Source: Trypethelium eluteriae
Taxonomy: Eukaryota
Assembly: GCA_051942245.1 (NCBI GenBank)
Contig: JAVECL010000102.1
Span: 1-53,523 of the forward strand
Direction of reading: 5' to 3'
Length of the DNA stretch: 53,523 nucleotides
In this document: positions 11,196 to 23,551 of the stretch, piece after piece
How positions within the stretch are numbered: position 1 is the first letter of the stretch
Layout: the number at the start of each line of letters is the position of its first letter
Position numbers and translations under genes: made by a program
The notes under the pieces: model-generated
Told to the model about the DNA's origin: nothing
Database searches by the model: none
Seen by the model: only the letters and a program-made list of their open reading frames with translations

Positions 11196-12770
11196 TTAAT
11201 CTCTTAACAAGTCGCGAACACTCATTCCTCTAGTCTCCTCAGCGTCCCAAGACCTACGATCAGCGTTAAGCATGAGCAGAGCAGCGGTTGCTTGTTGATC
11301 TAGATCATTGTCGCCGATATTATTACGTTTCACCCTTGTGCTAGACCGTGCTCGACTTTGTGCTGTCGCATTACCTGGAAAAGCAGCAGAGGGATGACTA
11401 GCACAGGTAGGCCGTCTATGGCTATCACTTGAGAAACCGCGACCATCGAAATAAGCATTGATTGGAGAAGACGAAGAGGACGCGCTCCCGATCTTTTCCT
11501 GGAGGCCAGGATCGGCCTGTGGCTTAAGGGCAGGACTCGCCAGTCGAAACTCGGCGAGACTGCCGCTAGATCCAAAGGGCTTTTGATTGGCAAAGGTTTC
11601 GAGAGATGGAGATGGAAGCGCAGAGTTCAAATAGCCAGAAGACGCGTGAGTGATATAAGAAGACGAAGAATAGTGACGGGAGCCATGATGAGCTTGTTGG
11701 TTATCAGTTGGATGAATGGCGGGTGATGCATTTGCTGAAGAAGCGTTGCTGAGGATTGGAGAAATACTAGGGAGGATCGGACGAGCAGCAGAACTTGGGG
11801 GTTTTGTGAGTCCACTGTAAGGAGACTGCTCTGCCATAGGGCGAGCCTTTGCAGCAGCTTGCGCGTTGCTCGTTTGAGCGGAAGGTGTCGATGTGCCGGA
11901 GCCAGGGCTATCAGCCATTTCCTCGTCTTCGTTATCGTCTTCATTCTCTATGGGTTCAGGGTGGTAGTTTGGAGGTAAAGAAGCGTTTTTCTGTTTACGT
12001 TCTTCGTAGGGCGATCTACTAGCAGCCTGAAGGTCCGAAACGCATTTCTCTAGATATCGCAGATATTCGATGCTGGCCTATAAGATTGTTATTTCCGAAT
12101 TTGGCTGTTCGCCTTTGGAGTGCATATCTACCTGGAGGATTGCGAGCTTGTGCATCTCTTGCCCAGCACATGCTGGTATCATATCTTTGAGCACCCCAAA
12201 CTCTTCATTCATCTTTGAGCGTCGCCTTCGTTCAATCAAGCTATGCGCGGTTTTACGCGCGATCTTTCGCCCTGCAGCAGTATTTCCATTTGCCTGTTTT
12301 TTCCTTCCGCCCGCATTCTGTGTCACAGCAGTCTTATTACCAGCAGGAGTTGTACTGCTTGGCCCCTGCTGATCTTTCACCTCAACGGCTTGCTGTGCAG
12401 GCTTGCTGGGCTTTTCCTCTTGACCGCGGGGTTTCATCTGGATGATCTTACGAGATCTCGTAGGTGGAGGAGGCAAGGCGAAGTCATCGGCACTGCCGCC
12501 AGCGTGGAGGGCCGCCGAAGAACGCTTCCGTGGGACGGCATTGGGAGAAGTCGGAGACATGGGACGGTACGATGAGTCGGAGGATTGATTCGCGGAGCTT
12601 GTGGAAGAGCTCATGCTGGTTCTGCTCGAGGTATTGGAGTTCTGATTGCCTGCTGCCATCGCGGCTGGCGGCAAGGCGAACGCAGACTCGATTTGAGAAA
12701 GAGTAGCATCTTGCTTCCCAGAAATGTCAGTTGAGGAGGCCGGCGTAGGAGGTAAGCCCGGTCGAGGCAT
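11196..12770 (-). CDS. bHLH transcription factor; exons 12770-12132, 12077-11196
   Basis: ARKTAHSLIERRRRSKMNEEFGVLKDMIPAC...MHKLAILQ|ASIEYLRYLEKCV is joined across intron 12078-12131. The C-terminus has ATAALLMLNADRR and GMSVRDLL, typical of this fungal bHLH group. Confidence 0.93.
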
Positions 12771-13707
12771 TGGGAGAGCCTATACGGTCAAGCAAGATTA
12801 TGGTATTTGCTTTTCGCAGAAATCTAGGGGGAGACTTGAGGAGGATAACGGAGATTCGCGAATTGGCAGACACACTAGACTGCCCCGCGATGGAGAGAGG
12901 GTCTGGGCGTGCCATTGCGGCGTGCAAAGGGTATATACGCCAGTCTGGATGGTGGTCGCGTGCGTGCAACGATCGATTGGTGGGGGAGCGTCGGCGGTTG
13001 CCCTTCCCACTCCTCCCATTGTTGTCCACGGTTCGGGAGCGCAGACTGGGATTGGCTGGACATTGCGACTCTGCTCTCGTGCTCAATTCATATCTCCGCC
13101 TATTGCGCGAAACTGGTCCGGCCACCGCATAAAGTCTGAGGATCAGGTTGAATGCTCAACAAGTAACCTGCAGCAGAATGACGCCCTGTCCGCACGTGCC
13201 TGCAGTCTCCACTGAGAATCGGTGTTTCCCCTCAGACGAAGGCCAGGGCCCCCGTACCTATATGATAACCTGGCATTTTCAATCAGCATTGTTGACACGA
13301 TAACAAGGAGATCCGCATGTTTTGATCCAGAGTCCCAGACTTCCTGCTCGGTCTTATCAGCCGAGGTGCATGCAGGATGATGATGTTGCGTCCAGTTTCG
13401 GATCGAATTTAGCCTCTGTCCTGGATTTCCATCACGATCCAGCATCACATCATCCTCGCAAATTCGCTTGAACGTCCCTACCCCCTGTTCGCTTTTGTTC
13501 AAGCGAATAAGCAAACAGAGACGAGGTCACAAGGGTTAATGATCTAAGAACGGTAGGCTTTTTGTCTTTGGATGCCATTGGATGAATAAGGTAAATTTAC
13601 CAAGCCTAGAGAAGCGTATATAGGAAACCAACCTCGTATCATGATACCTGATCTCAAAATCACTTGCTTCCATCGCGGTACCGACCCCTCGTCTTCCTCT
13701 GATTCGG

Positions 13708-14635
13708 TCATAGCTCAGCGAACCTCTCTTGTACATCATCTGCATGGACCCGTCGTCCCGTCTTGTCATAGAAGCCGCTCGCAATCCGTAGCCATTCTCT
13801 CTCCTTGTCCTTTCTCACCAATTCCGAAAGGATCTGCAGCTCCTCGAAGCTGAATAACTCATCTTGTGACCATTTCTTCCACTGTGACTCCCCAGACACC
13901 AATTCCGATCTACCATCACCTGCCGGTGCAGCAGCATATCCACGCTTGTTCTTTTTGCCCTTACCCCCTTTCTCCCTCTTCCCTCCCTCTTCTTTCACAC
14001 TACCTCCATTATTTCCACCCCCGCCTTCACCATCACCTCCACCACCTCCACCACTCCATGTGGCGCCATCACCGTTGCCGCCGTTGCCGCCGCCTTCTCC
14101 TCCACCCCCTCCAACCTCCTTCTGACCACCCGAATCTCCTCCGGCGGCATTTTCAGCTGCCTTTAGCTCCTTGAAGCGGGCTTTAAGTTCATGCGGCGGC
14201 TTCCCAAGTTCCGCTGCAATCTGTTTCCATGTACTTTTGCCATCTGCTTTCATTTCCAGGAGCTTGGCGTCTTGCTCGGCCGTGAAGGTGGTAGTTTGCT
14301 CCGGACTGGCGGCAGCGACTTCGGTCGCATTGACATTATTGTTATCGTTAGGTGCATTGTTAGGAGCGCTGTTGGCACCGTCACTGTTGCGATTTTCCTC
14401 GTTGTTGGTGCCGGATGTAACTGGCTCTGCAGTCGTCTCGGGCTGTTTGGCGGCATTCGGGGCAGTCGTCTCGGGTTTCTACGAACACAAGACAAACGTC
14501 AGTGATATGCGGTAAGCATGCTTGGGTCTCTGAAGCTCAGCCGGAGATAATCTTCACCACCTATCACAGTCTACAAACCTGAAAGAGGAAGCCGAGCCCA
14601 AGGTTGAGAGTGAAGTGGAAGACGGTTGATGTCAT
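13708..14635 (-). CDS. Myb/SANT-like helix-turn-helix protein with Asn- and Gly-rich linkers; probable exons 14635-14579, 14478-13708
   Basis: FTAEQDAKLLEMKADGKSTWKQIAAELGKPPHELKARFKEL is Myb-like. A second repeat-like unit reads FSFEELQILSELVRKDKEREWLRIASGFYDKTGRRVHADDVQERF. The frame is open upstream of the track ATG to a TAG acceptor at 14481-14479. The first exon is tentative. Confidence 0.7.
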
Positions 14636-15978
14636 GTTATACAAATGTATTATGATCATCGATGACCTAGATTGAATCGAGGATATCCAAAGTTAGGGAG
14701 CAACACGAGTGAAGCCAAATTGTAATCAGAAGGAAATCAACAGTTAGGGACAACTATGCAGACGGCGCTCCACTATTTATGGGACGCTACTTCTAAAGGC
14801 TCGGCCAAGTATCTGACCCTGCGTCTGTATCCACTGTGGAGCCAAGTGAGGCTTAAAATGACACAGGAAGCCCTCTGTAAGTCAACGCCTTACCTTCATG
14901 GTAATTTTGCGCGTTCTCAATGTTCGAGAACCTCTAGCATCGCAGCTGAATATGTCCAAAAGCGAGACCTTCGGTACTTGTCCTTTTGGGGGCATTTTGG
15001 TCGGTGAATTTCGATGAATTCGTGTGGGGCTGCAAATAGAAAAAGCTTATTGGAAGATGGGAAAGCTAAGATGTGACGATTTTTGACTCCACTTTATAGA
15101 AACAATGCAGATGATGCAAGTGACTGACCAAGTGTGGTTAATGAGAAGAATTACTCACTAAACATAACAGTGTTTGTCTTGCCTCAGGGTCACACGCTGT
15201 GGCAAACAATATGCCCACAATGAACTTATCTGCTTATCTGATTGATAGCTCCACTCTTACTGGGTGAATACAGTACAAAGTGAGGTTCCTACCTCGACGT
15301 CCGTCTTACATTCGAGGCTGGTATCCTCAGGCATAAAGCCAGGAATAATCGTATTTGAGGAAGTCTCCATTCCTACTAGAAAAGCTCAAATCCAGAATTG
15401 TTGAGTGTCGCCCTGCGATTAGCCTATTTATGGTACCAATTCGCTTAAACAAGTGCAACACTAGAAAGCAGTAGTAGTTTTCTCAGAGGAAGTCCGTTTT
15501 ACATCGCCCAAATTGCCGTGGGTGTAGGCTACCCATTTGCTCATTGAGCTTTGGGTCTGGCTTCTCTCTACGTGAGTAGAGCTCAAAGAATAGTACAAGC
15601 CAATATATAGGAGTTGTTGGAGAGAATTTGTTTTGTTTGACTGTTTCAGAAGAAGGGCATATAGGGAAACTGAATTGGAAAGGACCTCGTGTCAAAGGAG
15701 AAGCAGCCTAACAGAAGTTGTCTTAGAGACATGATCACCAGGCGGCGAATTCCTTGGACACCGCTAATGGACGACATTGAAATGTCATGTCGAATGTGCC
15801 TATGCCAGTGTTAGGACGACACGACGCGACAAACGGTTTTTGAGTGTTGCGCGAAATGAAGTCTTCCGACATTTGTCCGAGCTCAAAGGGACAACTTTGC
15901 CGGTCAAGCTCTCCAAAGGAATCATTTCTCCTCGTAGCTTTCAGCTGAGCCTCGAGTCTCTCTTGAGCCTCGGACAAA

Positions 15979-16809
15979 ATGCTTCCAATTCTATTTCGTG
16001 TGTTTGCTTCCCTTAGCATCTTCATTAGCCTTGCTTCCAGTCACAATGTCCAGATGAAAGCACACTCGCGAGAATGCTTTCATGAACAACTACATGCCGA
16101 CGACAAAATGACCGTCACCTTCCAAGTAGGGGATCGAGAATTTGGACACAGCAGTGGAAATCTCGACATCGACTTCTGGGTAATTTATCGCCCCATTCCC
16201 ATCGCCCTCAGCAGAGGCAATCGCATGCTGATAAGTAACGCTTTCGTTAGATTCAAACACCTGGAAATACAATGCAAGTCCACGAACGTGGCATCTCCTC
16301 AGGCGATCATTCCTTCACGGCATCGCAAGACGGACGCTATACATACTGCTTCAGCAACGAGCACTCCAGTTTCACAACAAAGGAAGTGAGCTTCAACGTG
16401 CACGGTATCGTTTATGTCCCGGAGAGTGAAGCTCCTCAAGACCCGTTGGATAAGGAAGGTGCGTCAATGCAAGGATACAGTTCTGCTTGCTTGCTATGTC
16501 TCGAAGACGGGAGAAAGAGGGTGTCAGCTAACGGTTACACAGTGAGAGTCTTGTCGGATTTATTAGCCCAGGTCAAAGATGAGCAATCATATATCGTTAT
16601 GAGGGAACGGACGCACCGCAATACCGCTGAAAGCACAAATGCTAGGGTGAAGTGGTGGAGCATATTTCAGCTGGGGGTGCTGTTCGGTGAAGGTATCTTC
16701 CAGGTTTGGTGGCTCAAGAGGTTCTTCGAGGTATGGCTTCCGTTCTCTGACAAACATTTACGAGTTGTAACTTACATGTACTCTTCTCTAGGTCAAGCGC
16801 GTTGTATGA
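15979..16809 (+). CDS. EMP24: p24/GOLD-domain COPII cargo receptor Emp24; exons 15979-16179, 16251-16458, 16543-16730, 16792-16809
   Basis: Signal peptide, ECFHEQL, DGRYTYCFSN, KEVSFNVHG, VKDEQSYIVMRERTHRNTAESTNARVKWWS, a TM helix and the tail LKRFFEVKRVV*. Confidence 0.95.
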
Positions 16810-16974
16810 TACCCGATTAGATGCAAAATGAATACAGTGATGATTTTCGTCAGAATATTTCGTAATTTAATCTTTGGGGTATCTTTTCTAGAATTGCTTC
16901 AGTGTTGGACTAAAACAAATTCAGTCCTAACAAGCCTCCAACGCCACCCCATGGATCTTCTCGATCGCTGTACC

Positions 16975-19082
16975 TCAGAAGCTTTGAGAGCCGAGCGCCT
17001 TGTTCGGTAAAAGCGCTATGGATACCACACAGCCCAACGTTACACCGCCAGCCAAATAGAGCACGCTGTCCACATTTCCGCCGCTCCCATATAGGTGAGC
17101 CGCGATCAAGGGGCTCACGATCCCGAATAGCCTTCCCCAAAAACTTGCCACCCCACAAGCCGTTCCTCGAATTGGTGCCGGGAACGCCTCCGGTGTCCAT
17201 CCGTACAATACCGCATTGAACATACTCTGGAAGAAGTATTCCATAACATTGAGACCGATGTTGGATTTTTCGTCGTTGATGGCACTGAATATGAAAATGG
17301 AGGCGCCCATAAGGCCGGATGATATGACCATGGTCCATTTGCGGCCCACGTTGGGAATTTGATAGAGGACGGCACCCAGCATGACTCCAACAACCCCGGG
17401 AAAATATATGTATATGTATGAGCGGTAGGTAAATTTAAGGGATAGATCGAGTGAACTATTCTTTAGGGCGAGAATTTTAGGGAGGTAAAAGCCTGATCGG
17501 AGAAAATGTTAGTGTGGGTAATTGAAAGGATACGGTCGAGTAAAGAACTCCGTTTAACTTACCAGCGACAGTGAAACCCCAATAATCCATAATATAAGTC
17601 AGCCAGACGAGAATAGTAAGGCGTGTGACCTGCCAATCAGAGAAAAGCATTTTGTAGCGATCAAATTCAAGCCCGACCTTCTCAATCCAAGTCGTCTTTA
17701 ATTGCTTCGCGCCTCCACCTAGCATAGGTTCGCCGCTGCCCATTGAGTTGTGCTCTTCGGTCAGGGCTTCCAAAGTTTCCAAAGTAATATCGCTCTCTCG
17801 GCCATTGAAACGAGCGATGTATTGTAAAACTTCGACAGCTTTGTCGTCTCTACCCCGGTACACGAGAAACTTGGGCGATTCCTTAAATCGGAAGATCACG
17901 GTGCGGAGGATAAACACGAAAAGAGTGATAGCCCCAAGTGTATATAGTAGGTACCGCCAGCCCATGTTGTCTTGTTTGCTGCAGCAAGGAGGCGCATGAG
18001 TTTTGCATGAAGGCAACGCGTCGCCTTGACTGAAATCGGGGTGACATGAGTTGGTGGGTATGAAGCCGTAAGCAATAGCGCTGCAGATGACGACGCCGAT
18101 AGGCTGGAAAATCGATAGAAGCGCAAGAAGGAAACGGCGGTTCTAGCGTGGTGTCAGCATCTGTATCCAGCTTCATTCAACTGTCTCAAAGATAGTAAAC
18201 ATTATTGCAGAAAGAGGATGACAAACCTGGGGAATGAACTCTAGCGTAATGGTAGTGTCGATAGGAATATTCCCTCCTACTCCAAAGCCAACGAAAGCCG
18301 TTAGAACTAGGAAAGTATTGTAGGTATTGCTACCGCCAAGTCCGATACCAAAGGCAGAAGAGACCAGAACTGTAAGATTAAAAGCCCACTGGCGACCTGC
18401 AAATATCGGTCAGCGATACTTCGAATTTGTCTTTAGTGTTGAATGAGAACAACCAACCTATGATATCGACAAGAACACCCCAAACAAAGGCACCTGCATG
18501 CGGGTCAGAAAGTTAGTCCTGAAATGCAACCCGGGAAGTCGGGTGCAACGGACCCGCTGTTAAACCGCTATTGAAGGAGGTCGATATATTGCCAGATTCG
18601 GCGTCTGTCCTTATCAGATCTCCTGTTTTCCTGAAAAGCTTCGAACGAGCATATTCATACTGCCAAAGCCTAGTTCTTGCTGTAACGGTCCCAGCACAAG
18701 ACCAAATGCTTGTGCCCAGAGAAGATCGAGCATGTAACCAAATCCACAGAGGGACCAGATATACCTATAGCTTTATGTTAGCAATGGCAGGGAAAAGCCT
18801 GTCTCTGATTGGGCAGTCCGAGGCTCAGTACCATTGATATCGACCCATTCCATGGGAATCAATTTCGCGATTAATGAGCGTGCATTTCTTCTCGTAGAGG
18901 CTAAGACCCTCAAGATCATCGTACTCAACGGATGCTCTCGAGCGACCTGGTTCCTCAGGCACAGTAACGTCTGCCGAAGGCTCGACAGAACCATCCTTGA
19001 GATCAGTGCCTTCCATGATTGACTCTTCGGGTGGAAGCAGCTCGTAGTTCGCGCGGGACGAGCGAAAAGTGGTGGGGGGCAT
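16975..19082 (-). CDS. Major facilitator superfamily transporter (SV2/sugar-porter-like), 7 exons
   Basis: The spliced product contains GMGRYQWYIWSLCGFGYMLDLLWAQAFG, WGVLVDIIGRQWAFN, GGNIPIDTTITLEFIP, GWRYLLYTLG, ESPKFL and YGWTPEAFPAPIRGTACG. All six introns are GT-AG. Confidence 0.92.
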
Positions 19083-21713
19083 ATTAAACACTTAAAGCCA
19101 GGCCATAGGGTGATAGGTCCACCAGGGTCCTAGTGATGCAGTGATCCCGGGTGACTGTGCGGTGGTGGGTTAGTCGATGGAAAGTTCTTCACTCATCAAC
19201 GTCGGTGGCTACACCGAGACACCGGAGAGGAGATAATCAGGAAGATTGGAAGAGGAGCTCAGGAATGGCTAGACTCAAAAGGGCATGGGTGCCTTGCGAC
19301 GCGGCAGAGCTTGCACGGGGATGGAATGCGCCCTGAGACAATCTTGTGTGAGGTCAGGTAGCCAAGGATTCACGATAATCTCCCACCAAGCGCTATGTTG
19401 GAATAGCTCTGGGAGCGGTTCGACGAGTCCGTCGTATCCTAAAGCACTTGCGCTCTTTCCGTAGTTGGTACCCAGTTTCCAGCACGACCCAGATTCTTGC
19501 GCACGCGATTCGCAGTGGTGACGTCTACGTAGGCCTTAAGGAATGTTAGCTGATTTTACTGCTTAGCGCGGTGTTGCCACCCGACCGTGTCATTCTCCTA
19601 CCGTTGTACCTACCGCAACTCAACCTTTGATCAGCATCAGCAAAATAAGCATCCTTTTCCCAGCAGCTCCGATCCGTCCAAGTTAATGGGCTATTAATTA
19701 CTTTGCTTACCTTGCCAAATGACCATACTGTGATTCGTGTCTCCATGTCTCCATTAAGCTTGCCAGGCCCTGTCAACAGTACCTTACCGAAAAACCTCAA
19801 CACCTGGACATGTGACGATACTTTAAGCGTAATCATGGGTTTTCGGCAGATCGAACTTCCAGACCTATCTGTAATCAAGTCGCTGGATGGATGCGCAAGT
19901 CAACGCAAATTCCTAGGAACCTTTCCCCAGAGATGAGACGCCAAGCCCAGTACTCTACGCAAACCCTCTCGAGAAGACTAAAGATTGTATTCATGTCACT
20001 CGCGCAGTTCGAGCGTCAGTTCCCTGCTGGCATGTGGATGGATTCGCTGCCATTCCAACTGTCTTTGCTTCTTGGATTTTTTGCTCTTCTGCTTAGGCCA
20101 AAGTAAGTCTTGCACTGGTTAGATTGGATTCTAGTTTGTCTCCGTGTACATCTCTCCGTTCAACAGGTCTGGTGCGCTTGGAAAGAAATGTCCAACGTCC
20201 TTTTCTCAACACCTTAGGCCCAGAACGTCAATTTCCACTCCAAACACCACATCTCGTCGTTCTGTAGCTCTCGGATATCTCGAGGGAACTGTAAGGGTTG
20301 ATTGGTAATTGTTAGAGTGGAAAGCATTTCTATGGTAATGTGACAGAAACAATCGGAACCAAAACGTGCGCTCTCTGAAAGATTATATGGCAGCGAACAA
20401 CATTATCGAAGCTGATCTTTTTTTAAGCTCACAGCATTGGGTTATAGTAAAGGAAAGAGTAATTTTAAACCTATCCTCCTCTGTGGGACACCAGACCTTA
20501 TCCACGCGAAGTCCGCAAGGAGGGAGGGGCGCCCTTGTTCATTACGTTGCACTGAAAACGATGAATTCGTCCGTTCCGGATCTGGCCGGGCTTGTCCTTT
20601 GATATGATTGTCTTGTTTCGAGTTCCAAAGAACGAGCTCGCTGCCGCTGGGGACCTTCAGTACCTACGGCTCCAAACAGCTGATATTCAATGCTCCAAAA
20701 GCAGATCGCGTGAACAATTCACGAACGGACAGTTAACTGAAGGTTCTTATAGTTTTGCTAGACGAAAATTCGAGGAGATGATGCCCAAAGTCTTCGATCA
20801 CACGCTGGAAATCAATACATACCTCGTGACTGTTATTCCCTTCGGAAGTGTGCAGATAATTAAACTAAAAGTAGGATAGCGGCCGAACTTACGCAGGAAT
20901 GCCAGCCTCCCCTCCGCACTAACGTTGTGCCGTTTGCATAAGGTATATAATGCTCATCTTCAGCTTTTTCGCCTAGATCTTATGCTAAAAAGGTATAGCA
21001 TAAGCCAGAATGTACGGAGTATCGAAGCCTGCTTCATTGATACATACGTTGTCTTTAATATCTCATTGTGATAAGGTCTTTTCACTGGAGTCTGCTTGCA
21101 TAGGTTTATGCATTCCCAGGGGAATGTATAAAATCTGAGGTGGTTCTATAAGATGTCCTGAAGAACCTTGTCTTTGATCATAGACTGCTGCGAAGTGCTG
21201 TGTAGTGCTGACCCAATTTGCCAACAGTCTCCCTTGAGCCTGCTTAGCCTCTGCTTACCGGTGGCCGGAAAGTTCGGATACGCATTGGCTTGTGCAGCTT
21301 TCTTCATATTAGCTCTATTCATGTATTGGCTGGGCTCCAGCTACTTGACCAGGCGTGCGATGTCAGATGCCCAACCGGTTTCATCAATTTTTGTAATTTA
21401 TGACTTGTATACTATATAGCTACAGCGTCAGGAAAGATCGCTAAAGGAATTAAGACGTAGAACGGCCATCCTTTCGCTATGATCTGTTGCTAAGTCTATG
21501 TATGCCGGCTGGCTATGCCAATGAACCTCTTACCGACACCATCCAGACAAAGCGGAGCCCCTCAAGTACCCCTACTCTAGCGAGGTACTGTAGCGGTCAG
21601 TATCATGAAATTTGGTCAGAATCGAAAATGGATTTGCTCCGCGCCACCAACGCAAAGTGTTTGGTCTTTCCCCGCAATATTGGAGCTTCAGTCTCCAAAT
21701 ATTGTGAAAAGAA

Positions 21714-22650
21714 TCAGACCTTGGACTTCTCCTTCATTTCATCAAATGCCAATGTCCCAGGTTCATCCCATTTTCGCCTGCTCTGAAGTATCATGTCCTG
21801 TTCCCAGTGGACAATAATGCCCCGATTCTCCGTTCGGCATGGCTTTTCTGGGCCTTTGATACGGATTGCGAAATCGCGAAGAAGCTGCAACTGGAAGTTG
21901 TCAGCGCCAAGACGAAAACTACAATGGATCTGGACCGCGATGCTTACCTGGATGACAAACTTCTGCGACTCGGAGAGCGCTATATTCTTCCCCAAGCATC
22001 GGCGACTTCCATAGCCAAATGCAAGTACTGCTTTTTGAGTCGAGTCCTTGCTGGGTGTTCCATCCATCGCTCAGTTGTGAACTCTTCAGCATGCTCGCCA
22101 TGCATTCTGCGCTCCCGATAAATACCGTATGGATTGGCGGCCACCTCAACCGATTCTGGGACCCAAGTGTCACTCAAGTACATACCGCCTTCGGGAGCAT
22201 ACTGGGGAAGAGTCATTGATACGGAAGGAAACATTCACAATGCTTCTTTGATACAGGTCAAGAAGTATGGCATGTGCTCCGTCTCTTCGAGGGCAACAGG
22301 TTGGGACAGTCGTCCCGACCGGTCGAAGGCCCCAGTTCCTCCCACCAGTCTTCTGTACACCTGTTCGTGAGTAAGGATGAAATGCAGAAATTCGCCAATG
22401 AAGGCTGCAGATATATCTTGCGAGCCAACGGTCAGAATGAAATACTGATGTTCGGCTTCTTCGAGGGTAAATTGCCTCCCGGCTATTGGGTCGTATGAAC
22501 CAGGCTGGTGGGCTGCGGAGGTCGCCGCCGGGAAAGATGGGAAGGAAGGGTCCACCGAGGATGAGAGAAAATATCATCATAACATCTGGTCCTGGAAGAA
22601 TCTTTGGAGAGAGGTCGAGAGGAAGACTGGCATCAAGTGAACAGTACAAG
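21714..22650 (-). pseudogene. Cytochrome P450 pseudogene (C-terminal remnant)
   Basis: Degenerate I-helix (ILTVGSQDISAAF). The ExxR motif is broken by a stop (KEAL-TGA at 22237-22235) and PERW has degenerated to TTERW. A frameshift at about 22015-22065 precedes an intact heme motif FGYGSRRCLG. A GTAAGC intron donor is retained at 21947. The N-terminal half is missing. Confidence 0.88.
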
Positions 22651-22800
22651 TGTCCGTGAAGAGTCCGAGCGCTTGGTATTCAGAAAAGGAAGACTGTGAC
22701 TGGAAGGGATTCTTTGCCGCGTTTTCTGTCGTACGCGAGTAGTGATAGGAGGGCCCAAATGACTTTACCCCGTCGAAGCAACTGCATGGCGGGAATCAAT

Positions 22801-23551
22801 CTAGAGCTTGGATACGGCGCTGACTTCTACTTTCTTGGCAATCTCGAGAGCTATGGCTTCTACTTTGGATTGCTCGCAGACGAAATAGGTCTTCTGCCGG
22901 TCTTGGGACATGATGGCGCCTCTGACAAGTCCCATCGTTGATCCACGGTGCACGACTTGAGACTCAATTACCACGGTGGCGGGCAACGGAAGGGGTCGGA
23001 GGCACGTCATGTTTAGATTCCAGGTTAAACCGCCAGGAGGCTTGAACCTGACAAGCGTAACCATTAGATCGAGATCATAAAGTAAGAAGTTTAACGCACT
23101 TCTGCTCTTCAAACTTTACAGGGAATGGAATGAAAGCCGAGGCTGTGAATTGATCTATGCAAGATCTTTTTAGCGTAGGTATAGAAGTTTGATTTCTGTA
23201 GCCACCCATACCAAGAAGTAATGCTGCTGCGCCACCATGCAGAATCTCTAATGAAAGCGTTCAGTTTAATGTCGAATTCTCGGCATAGCTTTGGCGACTT
23301 ACTGCCGCGATTGCTGTATCTCAAGTCCAGATCTAGCTCGAAGACTGACTTGCCGGTCGACGAGGCATCTATAAGCCGGCAGGTGGTCATGATATGAGCA
23401 TCAAACATCTTCCTGTGCTTTAGCTATGCAGATTGAGTTCGATATATTCAACCCGTACCGGGTCTTTGCTTTCCCGCACCCACCTGGCAAAGAGATCGAA
23501 TCGGCCCTTGATCTTTGCCATAGCCTCCTCCCGGTCTTGGGACTTGTCCAT
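22801..23551 (-). CDS. Hotdog-fold PaaI/ACOT13(THEM2)-like acyl-CoA thioesterase, 5 exons
   Basis: Spliced product MDKSQDREEAMAKIKGRFDLFARWVRESKDP|MFDAHIMTTCRLIDASSTGKSVFELDLDLRYSNRG|KILHGGAAALLL|DQFTASAF...|FKPPGGLTWNLNMTCLRPLPLPATVVIESQVVHRGSTMGLVRG. The N-x-x-x-x-x-HGG-x6-D signature is present. The first acceptor is ambiguous. Confidence 0.85.

Noticed and set aside
12724..13514. Cluster of 60-163 aa ORFs upstream of the bHLH gene
   Set aside because: No motifs, and they overlap on both strands. Best explained as a GC-rich promoter or 5' UTR.
14770..14790. TTTATGGGACG resembling a Stowaway/mariner-type terminal repeat
   Set aside because: Partial match only, with no partner inverted repeat, target-site duplication or transposase.
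18520..18550. Imperfect hairpin (TGCAACCCG...CGGGTGCA) inside an MFS intron
   Set aside because: Short stem in a normal GT-AG intron. No riboswitch or snoRNA boxes.
21168..21419. 83-aa ORF with a hydrophobic segment
   Set aside because: TTG start, no recognisable family, and hydrophobicity is expected from T-rich DNA.
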